Source: Somniosus microcephalus
Lineage: Eukaryota
Reading direction: 5' to 3'
Length of the DNA stretch: 64,000 bases
NCBI GenBank assembly: GCA_052327205.1
Contig: CM126204.1
Span: 124,062,001-124,126,000 of the forward strand
Position 1 is the stretch's first letter. The number at the start of each line of letters is the position of its first letter. The notes under the pieces are model-generated. The model made no database searches, was not told the origin of the DNA, and saw nothing but the letters and a program-made list of their open reading frames with translations. This document shows, piece after piece, positions 11,566-25,020 of this stretch. A program made the translations under genes and the position numbers.

Positions 11566-12270
11566 GATGGTTTGAGAGATTAACTGCAGAGAAATGTGCT
11601 GGGTGGGGAATGTGCTGAGAAAGGGGGATGAAGCAGTTTGGGTGACTGTTGCAGCAGAGAAACTGGCAGAAGCCATTGAGCGTGGTGAAAAATGCCAACA
11701 TTGAGGCAGATGAAGACCTTGGCAGTGAGAGACTGGAGTCAGAATTCCAATGAACCCAGCTCTGCCTTTGCAAGTGAGGTGGAGCGGAACCCATGATCGC
11801 TCAAATTGAAGGACACTGACCCGTCCCAAATTGCAGGGCATGGTTATTGTGTTCAGGGCAGGCGCCGGTGCCTGTAAGGAAAGACAGAGCAGCACCTAGC
11901 TACTCTACTAGGCTACCCTTCCCAAGCTAAAGGTAAACCAGCACTGAAAGATCTTCAGTTCCAATGGGATCTATAACTTTGGCAGCATATGAAGAGTCGC
12001 TCAGTGCAGAGGCTGAGGGGGGAAAGGAGGGACAATATCTCTGAGAAACTCGCGGTGGGGCGTTGGGGTGTTAGAGGAGGAGGCTTTTAGAGGTAAGGTG
12101 AGAGAGGTGGAAGAAGGCGAGGTGCTTGAAGGAGAAGAAGGAACCAGAGGAACGGGGGCAAGAGACCAAGGTGGGGTTGGTTTGATGATGAGGGCTCACT
12201 GCGGTGGTTTGGCCAGGGCAGGTAGGGGAATGTATACCAAAACCGTGAGGCGTCAGTAAGGGCAATGTGC
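11566..12270 (-). mobile_element. Probable 5' continuation of the interrupted minus-strand L2
   Basis: Resumes directly after the 15-bp TSD; same purine-rich plus-strand composition as 7200-9449; no diagnostic motif. Confidence 0.4.
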
Positions 12271-12289
12271 CGACACCTGTGTAGATTAT

Positions 12290-12598
12290 GTATGTAGCCT
12301 CCTACCGCCCACAATTCCCGGCCCCTAAACTTGCTGTTCCTCTGACTCACGGCCTCTCCTGCATTCCCCACTCCTTTCACCCCACCATTGGCAGCCGTAC
12401 CTTCAGCAGCCTAGGTCCTACTTTCTGGAATTCCCACTCTAAACCCCAACACCTCCCCACCTCTCCCTCCTCCTTTAAGACCACCTCTTTGATCAAGCCT
12501 TTGGCCACCCTTCTAATTTGTCCTGCTTTGGCTTGGCCTCTGTTTACCTTTTGCCTCTGTGAAGTATGTTATATGCGCTATGTAAATGCAAGTTGTTA
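12290..12598 (+). mobile_element. L2 LINE 3' fragment
   Basis: PTIGSRTFSSLGPTFWNS (L2 ORF2 C-terminal motif) and tail GCGCTATGTAAATGCAAGTTGTT. Confidence 0.75.
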
Positions 12599-13662
12599 AG
12601 TCATAAACATATTCTATTGTATCTTTACAAATTGTGACAGCTTGTAAGGTCAGTTATTGCTGTCTTCACTGCTATCACTTTAACTATATTGGGGGAGTGG
12701 CATTAATTTGATGCTGTAATTAAACATGTACTTCATGTCTTTTAAGCCATCTGAACATCATTTTTATAATTATACCATTATTTTTAACAATTTAGAAACA
12801 ATGTAACATATAATTTAGTTATGATTTACTATCAGTGTGGCATATTTAAAATATCACCTTCTTGTAGTAAATCACAGTACTCAGCTTCACATTTTCCTAA
12901 TTTTGTTTAATTAGCTACAAGATTTAAATGAGATGAGTGAAGATTAAATTTAGCTGCAAACTAACTCTATACCGTAGAGCCTCAGAACAGTAGCACTGAA
13001 CAGTATGCAACTAGATCTGTATAAAATGGAATGTAGCTTTTCCAGATTATTTATACACCAGAAATATGATTAATGAAATTATTGCAGTAATTATTGATTG
13101 ACAACTTTATCACAACATAACAGGGATGATTCGTGAGTCGGTAGGTGGACCCAGCCAGGAGCAGCACACGCAGGCAGCAGTGGTGGGGAAATCTTGGGCC
13201 CACAGCTCCTGATTTTTCATTAATTAATTTAAATAAATGGAAAGTCAAGGTCAAGGTTTGCAGGCCTGCGCTTTCTCGGCCAGCATTACTCGTGAGTGCC
13301 ACTTCATGCCGGACTGCCCAACTAAGCAATCAGCCCTGCACTTATCATTATTTCCCCATTACTTTTGAATGTATCTTGATCTTCTGTAAGGGAACCTAAT
13401 CTTTCTTATCTCCCTTTTAGCCCCCCTTCACTGATTTCTGGGGCTCCACACCTCCTGAGACACGCAGGACACTTACCAAATGATTTTCTTCCCTTTTCTG
13501 CCACAGCAGGGTGGAGCATCAAACCTGTGTCCCACTATGCCTCTGTGACTCTGTTGTGCCACTGTATGCCATTATAATTCTTCATTTGATAAACATTTAT
13601 ATTAGAATAACATGGAGTAACAGCTCTATTGTTTATTGCTGTATTATGATCATGTTCTCTAC

Positions 13663-13990
13663 GAACATTGAAACATAGAAGATAGGAGCAGGAGTAGGCC
13701 ATTCAGCCCCTCGAGCCTGTTCCACCATTTAATGAGATCATGGCTGATCATCCAAATTCAGTACCCTGTCCCTGTTTTCTCCCCATGTTCCTTGATCCCT
13801 TTAGCCTTAAGAAATATATCTAACTCCTTCTTGAATATATTTAATGAATTGGCCTCTACGGCCTTCTGTGGTAGAGAACTCCACAGGTTCACCACTCTCT
13901 AGGTGAAGAAATTCTTCCTCATCTCAGTCCTAAATGGCCTACCCCTTATCCTTAGCGTCTGACCCCTGGTTCTGGACTTCCCCGCCATAG
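13663..13990 (-). mobile_element. CR1 LINE 3' fragment
   Basis: Starts GAAACATAGAAGATAGGAGCAGGAGTAGGCCATTCAGCCCCTCGAGCC, the reverse complement of the CR1 3' UTR/tail, followed by ORF2 C-terminal sequence. Confidence 0.85.
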
Positions 13991-14738
13991 GAATATATGG
14001 GACCAGAAAAGAGCTTTGCACCTGGCTGGTTTCAGCATTTCGGAAGTATCATATCCCACAATATTTATCATATCTCTTTACCAGTTCTTTCTTTGGGTAC
14101 TTATCTAATTCTCTCTTGAATTTGATTATACACTCAGCCACACTGCCTCCTTGGCAGTCCATGCCATTCATTCATTACCTTCTGCATAAAGCAGTTAAAT
14201 CTTAACCATCTCTTCAGCATCCCTTTTCTACGTTTAAGGATATGCCCTCTTGTTGTCAAATAGTAACTATGTTAAAAGTTTATTTTTCAGGATGTGGGAT
14301 GCATATATTGCCCAACCCTTGTTTCCCTGAGAAGGTGATAATGGACCTTCTCCTTGAACCAGTGTAGCCCTTGTGGTTATGATTCTCCCACAGCGATGTT
14401 GGGAATTCCAGGATATTGATCCAGTGATGTATTTCCAATTCAAGATGATGGTGTGTGACTTGGAGGCATTGCTGTTCTTGTCCTTCTCAGTGGTAGAGAT
14501 TGAAAGGGAGGGAAATGCTGTTCAAGTAACCTTGATGAGATAGCTTCCAAAGATGACTCCTGGGCTGGCAGCCCCTTTCTGAGCTGCTCTTCTCTTCAAC
14601 TGTATCCATGGTCATCCATTGCCATCTTTTGCCCTTTCTTCCCCCAATCGCCTTTCTTCAATTGCTGATAGTGAAGGCATTTCAGCCCAAACTACAAGTT
14701 CAAAGCTACCCCTGCAGAGTCCACTGCCCATCCCCTGG

Positions 14739-14960
14739 CGTGCGGGTTAGGTTGATTGGCCATGACAAAAATTGGCCCTTAGTGTTAGGGGGGGGGTCAA
14801 ATACGTGGGGTTACGGGGATAGGGCTTGTGTGGGATGGCTGTCGGTGTAGGGACCGGGTGCTAGGGTTTGGATGATCAGCCATGATCTCGTTGAATGGCG
14901 GAGCAGGCTCGAAGGGCCGAATGGCCTACTCCTGCTCCTATCTTCTATGTTTCTATGTCT
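14739..14960 (+). mobile_element. 5'-truncated HE1-type SINE body fused to a CR1 3' tail
   Basis: GTGCGGGTTAGGTTGATTGGC..CCCTTAGTGTTAGGGGG shared with the copy at 5967-6017; then GATCAGCCATGATCTC..GGCCTACTCCTGCTCCTATCTTCTATGTTTC, the same tail as the CR1 at 13663. Confidence 0.75.
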
Positions 14961-15869
14961 TTGTTCTCTCTCAGCTCTTTCAACTGCTGAAACTCTGCTG
15001 AAACTTGACCTCTATCACTGGATTCATTGCAGACAGGACTTAGTTGACTGCACGGTTTGACTCAGAGGCTGTGGCGCTGCTCTGCTTTTCAGTCACTTCA
15101 AGTCTTAAGCTGCAGAATTCTTTTGTCAAATTGGTTTACGATCTCCTGGACTTCTCTGGACAACGTTTCTGCTTTGAACTACATTGGATTACACTATGTT
15201 TCTGCACTGGATTACACTGTAAGACTTACCTGCTTTGTCTCTATCTTTGCTGCAAAAAGATTTTTACCTTTAAACTGCAGCTGTGTCTCTGCTGAACTGG
15301 TTCTACTCGTTTTTCAACTCTGCTGGCCTCTAGCTAGCAGCTGTTGCTCCACTTGCTGTCCGGTGACTCGTTCTACCGGTTTTCAGTTTTGCTGGTTACT
15401 GGCTTGTGGTTTTACTTTTTCTCCGCCACTTTGATTGATTCTTACAGCAACAACCTCCATCCTCAAACTCTCTACCCTTCAAATAGCTTCTGGACTTCAC
15501 TCACCTGCTTTGGACAGCAGTTCGGCGATACTCCATGCCAGCCCCATCCTGCTTACGTCGGCTTTGTCCTTCCATGGGACCTTTGACTTTGACCCTGGCC
15601 TCCCTACTATTGTCCCCAACCTATTCCCTGCTACCAGGAAATATGTATTCCATTAATTACTACATTTAAACAGGCCAATGTAACCTGAGCTTTTCTCATG
15701 TCCATTCACGTGCGCGCTTTGGCTGCCACTCCGGACCCAAGCCATTCCATTTTTTCCCCCTATTTTCCGTTTCTCTCTATCCCTCCCTAACTGCTCTCTC
15801 CTGTCATTATGCCTCCTTTCATCTCTCCTCTCTTGGATACACTGCCCATCAAATCCCTACCCCAATCCA

Positions 15870-18072
15870 TCATTACTCTTCAACCGTCTTATTCTCCTGC
15901 CGCCGACCCAGGCTTGACTCCCTCTTAGATAAGCCTACAGCTTCCCTCTGTGCCTCTCTTGGCATCCTACAAAGGGCCCATCCAGGCACTTGTTTCTGCC
16001 GCCTTACGAGCAGCAACCCCAACTGTCCCATCCTACTCTCTCGCCGACCTTCCCACCCAGCGCACCCACTGGGGACAAATCTTGCAAATCTCCTCCCCAT
16101 CCAACTCAGCCCCCCCAGCACTGACCCTGTGGATGCTGGCAGTGGGGCAGCCATCACCGACCCTCTCCGCATCTCCCTCCAGAACGTCCGTTCACTTACG
16201 AACAAGGCCCTTGCCATCCATGAGTTTATTGCGGATGATTGCATCGACATCATGGCCCTGACGGAAACCTGGCTGAGGAGTGATGACACCTTACCCTTAA
16301 ATGAAGTCTCCCCGCCTGGCTATACATTCCACTATTTGCCCTGCTCAGACCGCCATGGTGGCGGTGTGGCTCTCATCACCAAATCATACCTTGGTCTGTC
16401 CCCCTATTCCTATGGCAGTTTCTCCTTTGAGCATCTCACCTTATTCCACCCCTCTCTTCTCACATTTAAAATTCTTGTTCTCTACTGCCCACCCAAGTAC
16501 CATAAAATTTTTATTGCTGAGATATTTTCACTGCTCTCCTCCCTCAGCCTCTGCACCGAACAACTTCTCATCCTCGGTGATTTCAACCTCCATCTCAATT
16601 CATCATGCTCTCTCTCCTCTGAGTTTACTAGCGTCCTATCCTCCCTTAATCTCTCCCTCCATGTAAACTCCCCAACCCATATTCACAGCCATCCCCTCAA
16701 CCTTGCCATCTCTCGTGGCCTCGCTACTCCCATCATGTCAATCGCAGATAAGGCTAACTCTGACCACTTCATCATATCGCTCTCCACCCACATCCCCCTT
16801 CCACCCCTTTCCCCCCCAACCCTACCTCCTTCTGTCCGTCCCTGGAAAAACCCTCTCCAACTCTCTTAGAACTGCACTTATGAAATCCCAACTGTCCAGC
16901 CTTTGGCCCTCCATTCACCATGACATTTCTGCAGCTACCGATCTGCTCAGCCACACCCTCACCATCACCTTTGATGCCCTAGTCCCTACTAAAACAATTA
17001 CTCTCTCACCCTGGGCGTTCCCCCTGGTACGGCTCTCATCTTCACTCCCTTAAGTCCAGAGGATGCAGACTTGAATGGATATAGCGGACAACTGGTTTAG
17101 CCATTCACTGCCAGATCTGGCTGGACCACATAAAGCATTTCGGGTCCTGCTCTCATCTGTCAAAATTGCTCACTATTCCAGAATCATTCTGGAATGCAAA
17201 GATAAACCGCGGCTCCTATTCTCTACTGCTAACCATCTTCTTAAACCCCTCTCCCCTGTCTCCTCCACCCTCATCTCCAACAACAAGTGTGAAGAGCTCA
17301 TGGACTTTTTTGTCTCGAAGATTGAGACCATCCGTTCAGCTGCCTCTGCCACTTCCCTTCCTTCCCCATGCCCACCGGGCCAAACTTCCTCTAAGGTTCC
17401 CCCCTGCCCTAGCCCTGAACTCGCATCTTTCTCCAGTTTCTCTCCGATCTCCCCTCATGCCCTTTCTGAGGTCATCTTGTCCATGAGACCCACTTCCTGC
17501 TCCCTCGACCCTATTCCCACCAAACTGCTGACCACCCAACTTCCTTTTCTGGCCCCCATGTTAGCTGACATTGTTAATGGTTCTCTCTCCTCCGGTACTG
17601 TCCCCCTCTCCCTCAAATCTGCCGTCATCACCCCTCTCAAAAAAACAACCCTTGACCCCTCTGTCCTTGCAAACTACCGCCCCATCTCCAACCTCCCTTT
17701 CCTCTCCAGTCCTTGAACATGCTGTCGCCTCCCAAATCCGTACCCATCTGTCCAGCAATTCTATGTTTGAATCCCTCCAATCAGATTTCTGCCCTTGCCA
17801 CGGTACCGAAACGGCTCTCATCAAAGTCACAAATGACATCCTTTGTGACTGTGACAAAGGTAAACTATCCCTCCTCGTCCTTCTTGACTTATCTGCAGTC
17901 TTTGACCCGGTTGACCACTCCATCCTTCTCCAACTCCTCTCCACCGTCGTCCAGCTAGGTGGGACTGCACTCGCCTGGTTCCATTCTTATCTATCTAATC
18001 GTAGCCAGATCAGATGTTAACGATGTTTTACTACGTTAAAGGTGCTATATAAATACAAATTGTTGTTGTTGC
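15870..18072 (+). mobile_element. L2-clade LINE (APE plus 5' half of RT, internally deleted, with tail)
   Basis: ORFs 16129-16869 (LQNVRSL, MALTETWL, GGGVA, ILGDFNLH), 17075-17716 (LDPIPT, NYRPISNLPFLS) and 17571-18020 (HGTETALIKVTNDI, LLDLSAVFD); L2 tail TTACTACGTTAAAGGTGCTATATAAATACAAATTGTTGTTG. Confidence 0.92.
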
Positions 18073-18079
18073 TGTAGTA

Positions 18080-20520
18080 CATCCTGTAGTATGTACTGTA
18101 GTCACCTTGCACCAGTGAGGGAGGGGGTGAATACTGAGTACAATGGCAGGGACGCCACTCAGTGAACTGCTCTGTCCTGGATGCTGTTGAGCTTCTTGCA
18201 TGTTGTTGTGCCCATCCAGGCAAGTAGTGAGTGTTGCATCATGCTCCTAATTTGAGCCACTCATTGCAGAGTACCAAGCCTTTGCACTGCTCTTATAGCT
18301 ATGATCTTGATATGACTGTTGCATTTAAGCTTCTGTCAGTAATGTACCCCCCCCTCCCCTCAAGATGTTGATGGTGGGGGACTCGGCAACAGTGGTGCTG
18401 TTGAAAGAGGAGATGGTTGGAAATTTTCCTCTTCAAGATGGTCATTACCTGGTACTTATGTGGCACAAAGGATACCTGCCAGTTGTCAGCCCAAACCTAA
18501 ATGTTGTCCAGCTTCTGCTGTAGAGTGGCATCGGCTGCTTCATTATTGGAGGAACTTAACGCTGTGGAATTGTCAGCGAACAGCCTTACGACTGAGGAAA
18601 GATCATTGATGAAGCTGCTAGAGATGGTTGGGTCAAAAACACTTTCTTGAGGAACTCCTGCATCAGTGTCCTGGGACTTTGATGATTGGCCTCTGGCAAC
18701 CACGGCCGTCTTTGTTTGTTTGTATGACTCCAGCCATTGAAAGGTTTTCCCTTTAAGCCCCATTGACCTCAGTTTTGCTAGGGCTCCTTGGTGCCACACT
18801 CAGTTGAATTATGCCTTGTTTTGAGGGCAGCTGCTCCCACTTCTCCTGGATCAAAGCTGTGATGAGGTCTGGAGGTGAGTGGTTCTCGCAGAACTGAAAC
18901 GGATCAACAGTGATTGGGTTATTGGTGACTAGCTGTTGTTTAATGGCACTTTTTTTTATTCGTTTATGGGATGTGGGCATCGCTGAAAAAGCCAGCATTT
19001 ATTGCCCATCTCTAATTGCCCTTGAGAATGTGGTGGTGAGCCACCTTCTTGAACCTCTGCAGTCCGTGTGGTGAAGGTACTCCCACAGTGCTGTTTGGGA
19101 GGGAGTTCCAGGATTTTGACCCTTCCATCTTTTTCACTGATGATTGGGAGGAGGCTTATAGGGCGATAATTGACCAAGTTAGATTTATTTGTTTTTCTTT
19201 ACTTATCTGGGCAGTCTTCCACATTGCCTTGTACATGCCAGTATCATAGTTGTAGTGGAATAGTTTGGCAAGGGGATCAACTTGTTCTGGTGCACAGGTC
19301 TTCAGCACTACAGTTGGGATGTTGTCAAGCACAAAACCTTTACGTTTTCCAATGGATTCAGCCACTTCTTAACGTCACCGGAGTGAACCAAATTGGCTGG
19401 AGACTCGCATCAATGATCGTGGGGACGGCGAGAAAAGACCAAGTAGATTGTACACTTTGCACTTTTGGCTGAAGGTACTTACAAACACTTCAGCCTTGTT
19501 TCTTGCACTCGTGTGTTGGGCTTCACCATTGTTGAGTATGGGATGTTCATGGAGCTTCCTGCTCCGTTAGCTACCTGGTTGTGGGACTGCATAGCTCTGT
19601 CTCTGGCCTGCTGCATTTTGTACTTAGTGTGCAAATAGCCCTGTATTTAGTTTCACTAGGTTGTTACTTCATTCTAAGGTATGCCTGGTACTGCTACTGG
19701 CACAGGTTTGGTCCCCTGGCTTTGATGGTGATGGAGGAGCGTGGGATATGCTAGGCCACGAAGTTACAGATTGTGGTCGTTTATAATTCTGCTAATAATG
19801 GACAACAGCACCTCATGGGTGCCCAGTTTTGGGCTTCCAGTTCTGTCCTTAGTCTGTTCCACTTTGCATGGTGGTAGTGCCACACTACACGATGGAGGAT
19901 GCCCTCAATGTGGAGACGAAACTTTTTTTCCCACAAGTACTTTGCAGTGGTCACTCCTACCATTGCTATTGTGGACAGATGTGTCTGTAACAGATAGGTT
20001 TGTGAGGATGCAATCAAGAAGGTTACTTCCTCGTGTTGGTTCCCTCACCACCTGACAATGGCCCAGACCGGCAGCTACGTCCTTCAAGATTTGACTACCG
20101 CAGTTACTGGTGGTACTACCAAGATACTCTGGGTGGTAGTCGCCCACCAAAGTACATTCTGATCTTCTTCCAAGTGATGTTTAACATGGAGGAATAGTGA
20201 TTTATCAGTTGACTTGGGTAGGCGGGCTGTTGGTGGTAGTCACCAGGACATTTCCTTGACCTTGTTTGATCTAGACTTCATGGGGTTTGAAGTCTATGTT
20301 GAGGATTGCAAAGGTCGCTCCCACCCGACTGTATATCACTGTGCCCCCAGCTCTAGTGAGCCTATCTTTCCTGTGGGACAGGATATACCAGGGGTAGTGA
20401 CGGTGAGTCTGGGATGTTGGCTGATAGATATGATTCTGTGAGTATGACTATGTCAGGTTGTTGCTTGACTAGCCTGTGGTACAATTCTCCCAACTTGGGC
20501 ACTAATCCCCAGATCTTAGT
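18080..20520 (-). mobile_element. Degraded CR1/L2-group LINE with a nested LINE 3' fragment (~18950-19120)
   Basis: Minus-strand remnants GVPQESVFDPT..FINDL..VRLFADN, NYRPISLLPII, DNIPTVVLKTCAPE and VREPTRGSNLLDCILTN. Confidence 0.8.
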
Positions 20521-21461
20521 GAGGAAGATTTTGCTGAAATTGCATAAGTCTTGCCTGGGTCATTATGAATCTGTCTGATTTTATTCTTATTTTTCAATTT
20601 GGTCATGATTTTTTACAACTGAGTGGCTTTCTCAGCTACTTCAGAGGGCAGTAGAGGTCAATCACATAGTGTGGGACTGGAGTCACATGCATGCTAGTCC
20701 TGAAGGACATTAAGTGAACCAGTTGGTTTTTTTAAACAAAGCGGCAGGTTTTATGGTTATTTTCCTAGCATTAGCCTATAAATTTTTTAAAAATTATTAA
20801 ATTCAATTCCATAACTAGCCTAATTTGGGATTTTAATTCAAGATCACTGGTCTGTTAGTCAGTACCATAATTACACTACTGTATTCCTATTATTGCACTT
20901 ATATTGGTGCTTTCTAAAGTTGTGAAACTGCTATTATATCTCAAATTACCCATAATCTTCAAAGTTCTGGCTTAATCCAATGGTTCTGAGCAATTTTGTT
21001 GCCTTATATAATGTACGTCTGGAAATCTCCTCTTGAACACTTTGGTGAACTTTTGTCATTGCTTTGGAGATCTCCAAACATTTAACAAGGTCTCGCACTC
21101 AGCACATCTGAACAAGGTACCATCATATAACCTCCCAGCAGAACTACGTTGATGGCTATAAAGTTGCTCCTCAAATTGGTTTATTTGCTGGGTTATCCTC
21201 CAACTCTTTTTCCATTAACTCGGGGTCCCAGGACTCTGTATTACTCTGTTCCTTCTTCATATCAAATCCTCTTTCGTTCATCGTCCACTCCTTTGCTAAA
21301 TGCCTCCCAAATCTCCTTTGTTGCTGAAGATTCCTCAAGAAATTTATTTCCACGATACTAAACACTTATTTTCCCCATAACAACTCTTAATTCGATAAAG
21401 TCCCAACTTCATCCAAGACTTGAATACTGTCCCCATATTGAGGATGCTGTCCTAGTACCTA

Positions 21462-24400
21462 GTGTTGTCAGCTGGAGGAGCTTGAGCTCCAGGTTTCAGA
21501 GCTTGAGCAGCAGCTGGTGTCACTGCGGTGCATCCATGAGGCGAGAGCTTCGTGGATAGCACGTTTCAGGAGGTGGTCACCCCGCAGCTAAGGAGTGTGC
21601 AGGCAGACAGGGAATAGGTGACTGCTAGACAGAAAAGGAGGACCGGGCAGGTAGTGCAGGAGTCCCCTGAGTGTATCTCGCTCTCCAACCAGTATTCGGT
21701 TCTGAGTACTGGTGAGGGCAATGGTTCCTCTGGGGAGTACAGCCAGAGCCAAGTCCGCAGCACCATGGGTGGCTCAGTTGTACGGGGGGGAGGAAGAAGA
21801 GTGGGAGAGCAATAGTGGTCGGGGTTTTGATAGTATGGGGAGCAGACAGGTGTTTCTGCGGCCACAGACGTGACTCCAGGATGGTATGTTGCCTCCCTTG
21901 TGCCAGGGTCAAGGATGTAACTGAACAGCTGGAGAACATTCTGAGGGGGGAGGGTGAACAGCCAGAGGTCGTGGTCCATATTGGTACCAACGACATAGTT
22001 AGAAAGAGGGATGAGGTCCTGCAGGCAGATTTTAGGGAGCTAGGAAAGAGATTAAAAAGCAGGACCTCAAAGGTAGTAATCTCCAGATTACTCCCAGTGC
22101 CACGTGCAAGTGAGTATAGAAATAGGAGGATAGAGCAGGTGGATGAAGAGATGGTGCAGGAGGGAGGGCTTCAGATTCCTGGGGCATTGGGACCGGTTTT
22201 GGGGGACGTGGGACTTGTACAGGCCGGACGGGTTGCACCTCAACAGGGCTGGAACCAATATCCTCGCGGGAAGGTTTGCTAGTGCAGTTGGGGAGGGTTT
22301 AAACTAATTTGACTCGGAGATATTCCTGGTTATAAGGTGTTCAGGAAAGATGGGGAAAGAAAGATAGGAGGTGGTGTGGCAGTATTGGTTAAGGAGAATG
22401 TTAGTGCTGGAGAGGTAGGATGTCCTGGAGAGGGCAAGGACAGAATCTATATGGATGGAGTTAAGAAATAATAGAGGTGCCATTACACTACTAGGTGTAT
22501 TCTACAGACCACCAAATAGTGGGAAAGATCTGGAGGAGCAAATTTGCAGAGAAATTACAGAGAGGTGCAAGAACTATAGAGTAGTGATAATGGGGAACTT
22601 CAACTATCCTAATATAGACTGGGATTGTAATAGTGTAAAGGGCAGAGAAGGGGAAGAATTTCTGAAATGTGTTCAGGAGAACTTTCTTGATCAGTATGTT
22701 TCCAGCCCGACGAGGGAGGAGGCATTGCTGGATCTGGTTCTCGGGAATGAGGTAGGTCAAGTGGAGCAAGTGTCAGTAGGTGAACATTTAGGGAACAGTG
22801 ATCATAGTATCATAAGGTTTAGATTAGCTATGGAAAAGGACAGGGAGAAATCTAGAGTAAGAATGTTTAATTGGGGGGAAGGCCAATTTCAGTGGGATGA
22901 GAATGGATCTGGCCCGGGTAAACTGGAATCAAAGATTGGCAGGCAAAACTGAAGTGAAACAATGGGCTGCCTTTAAAGAGGAAATTGTTCGGGTACAGTC
23001 GAGGTACATTCCCACGAGGGGGAAAGGTAGGTCAGAGTTCCCTGGATGACGAAACAGATGGCCAATATGATGAAGCAGAAAAAGAGGACGTATGACAGTT
23101 GCAAATACATCTGAGAATCAGGCTATATACAGAAAGGTCAGAGGAGAAGTGAAAAAGAAAATAAGAGGGGCAAAGAGAGGGTATGAGAATAGAATGGCAG
23201 CCAGCATAAAAGGTAATCCAAAAGTCTTCTATAGGCATATAAATAATAAAAGGGTAATAAGAGGAGGGGTGGGGCCGATTAGGGACCAAAAAGGAGACCT
23301 ACACATGGAGGCAGTGGGTATGGCTGAGGTACTAAATGAGTACTTTGCATTTGTCGTCGCCAAGGAAGAGGATGCTGCCATAGACATAGTAAAGGAGGAG
23401 GTAGTGGAGATACTTGACAATATAAAAATTGATAAAGAAGAAGTATTGGAAAGACTGACTGTACTTAAAGTAGATAAGTCACCAGGAGCGGATGGAATGC
23501 ATCCTAGGATGCTGAGGGAATTGAGGGCGGAAATCGCGGAGGTACTGGCCAAAATATTCCAATCCTCCGTAGATACGGGGGTGGTGCCAGAGGACTGGAG
23601 AATTGCAAATGTTACACCATTGTTCAAAAAAGGGTGTAAAGATAAACCCAGCAACTACAGGCCAGTCAGTTAAACCTTGGTAGTGGGGAAGCTTTTAGAA
23701 ACAGTAATCGGGGACAAAATTAACAGTCACTTGGATAGGTGTGGATTAACTAAGGAAAGCCAGCATGGATTTGTTAAAGTCAAATCATGTTTAACCAACT
23801 TGATAGAGTTTTTTGATGAGGTAACAGAGAGAGTTGATGAGGGTAATGTGGTTGGCGTAGTGTACATTGATTTCCAAAAGTCGTTCGACAAAGTGTCACA
23901 TAATAGGCTTGCCAGCAAAGTTGAAGCCCATGGAATAAAAGGGACATTGGCAGCATGGATACGAAATTGGCTAAGTGACAAGAAACAGAGAGTAGTGGTG
24001 AACGGTTGTTTTTTGGACTGGAGGAAGGTATATAGTGGTGTTCCTCAGGGGTCGGTTCTAGGACCACTGCTTTTCTTGATATATATTAATGACTTGGATG
24101 TGGATGTACAGGGCACAATTTCAAAATTTGCAGATGACACAAAACTTGGAAGTATAGTGAACAGTGAGGAGGAGAGTGATAGACTTCAGGAAGTCATAGA
24201 CAGGATGGTGAAATGGGCGGACACGTGGCAGATGAAATTTAACGCAGAAAAGTGTGAAATGATACATTTTGGTAGAAAGAATGAGGAGAGGACATATAAA
24301 CTAAATGGTACAATCCTGAAGGGGGTGCACGAACAGAGACACCTAGGGGTATATGTGCACAAATCGTTGAAGGTGGCAGGGCAGGTTGGAAAAGCAGTTA

Positions 24401-25020
24401 AAAAGGCTTACGGGATCCTGGGCTTCATAAATAGAGGTATAGAGTACATAAGTGTGGAAATTATGATGAACCTATATAAAACACTGTTCGGCCCCAACTG
24501 GAGTACTGTGTCCAATTCTGGGCACCACACTTTAGGTGGGATGTGAAGGCCTTAGAGAGGGTGCAGAAAAGATTTACAAGAATGATTCCAGGAATGTGGG
24601 ACTTCAGTTACATTGATAGACTGGAATAGCTGGGGTTGTTCTCTTTGGAGCAGAGAAGATTGAGAGGAGATTTGATAGAGGTGTTCAAAATCATGGGGGT
24701 GCTGGACAGGGTAGATGGAGAGAAACTGTTCCCATTGGCAGAAGGGTCGAGAACCAGATGACACAGATTTAAGGTAATTGGCAAAAGAACCGAAGGCGAC
24801 ATAAGAAAAAAAAATTTTACTCAGCAAGTGGTTAAGATCTGGAATGCGCTTCCTGAAAGGGTGGTGGAGGCAGACTCAATCTGGAGTTGGATAAGTATCT
24901 GAAGAGAAAACATTTGCAGGGCTATGGGAAAAGGGCAGGGGAGTGGGACTAGCTCAGAGTCCGCATGGACTCGACAGGCCGAATGGCCTTCTTCCATGCG
25001 GTAACCATTCTATGATTCTA
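21462..25020 (+). mobile_element. CR1 LINE, long copy (ORF1 SGNH esterase, ORF2 APE + RT), inactivated
   Basis: ORF1 MVCCLPCARVKDV..VVVHIGTND; ORF2 GVFYRPPN, MGNFNYP, KSPGADGMHPR, NYRPVS, QHGF, GVPQGSVLGP, KFADDTKL; tail ATTCTATGATTCTA; stops, frameshifts and a deletion at the ORF1/ORF2 junction (~22310). Confidence 0.95.

Noticed and set aside
21462-25020. Active CR1 element
   Set aside because: Multiple stops, frameshifts and a deletion of the ORF2 start.
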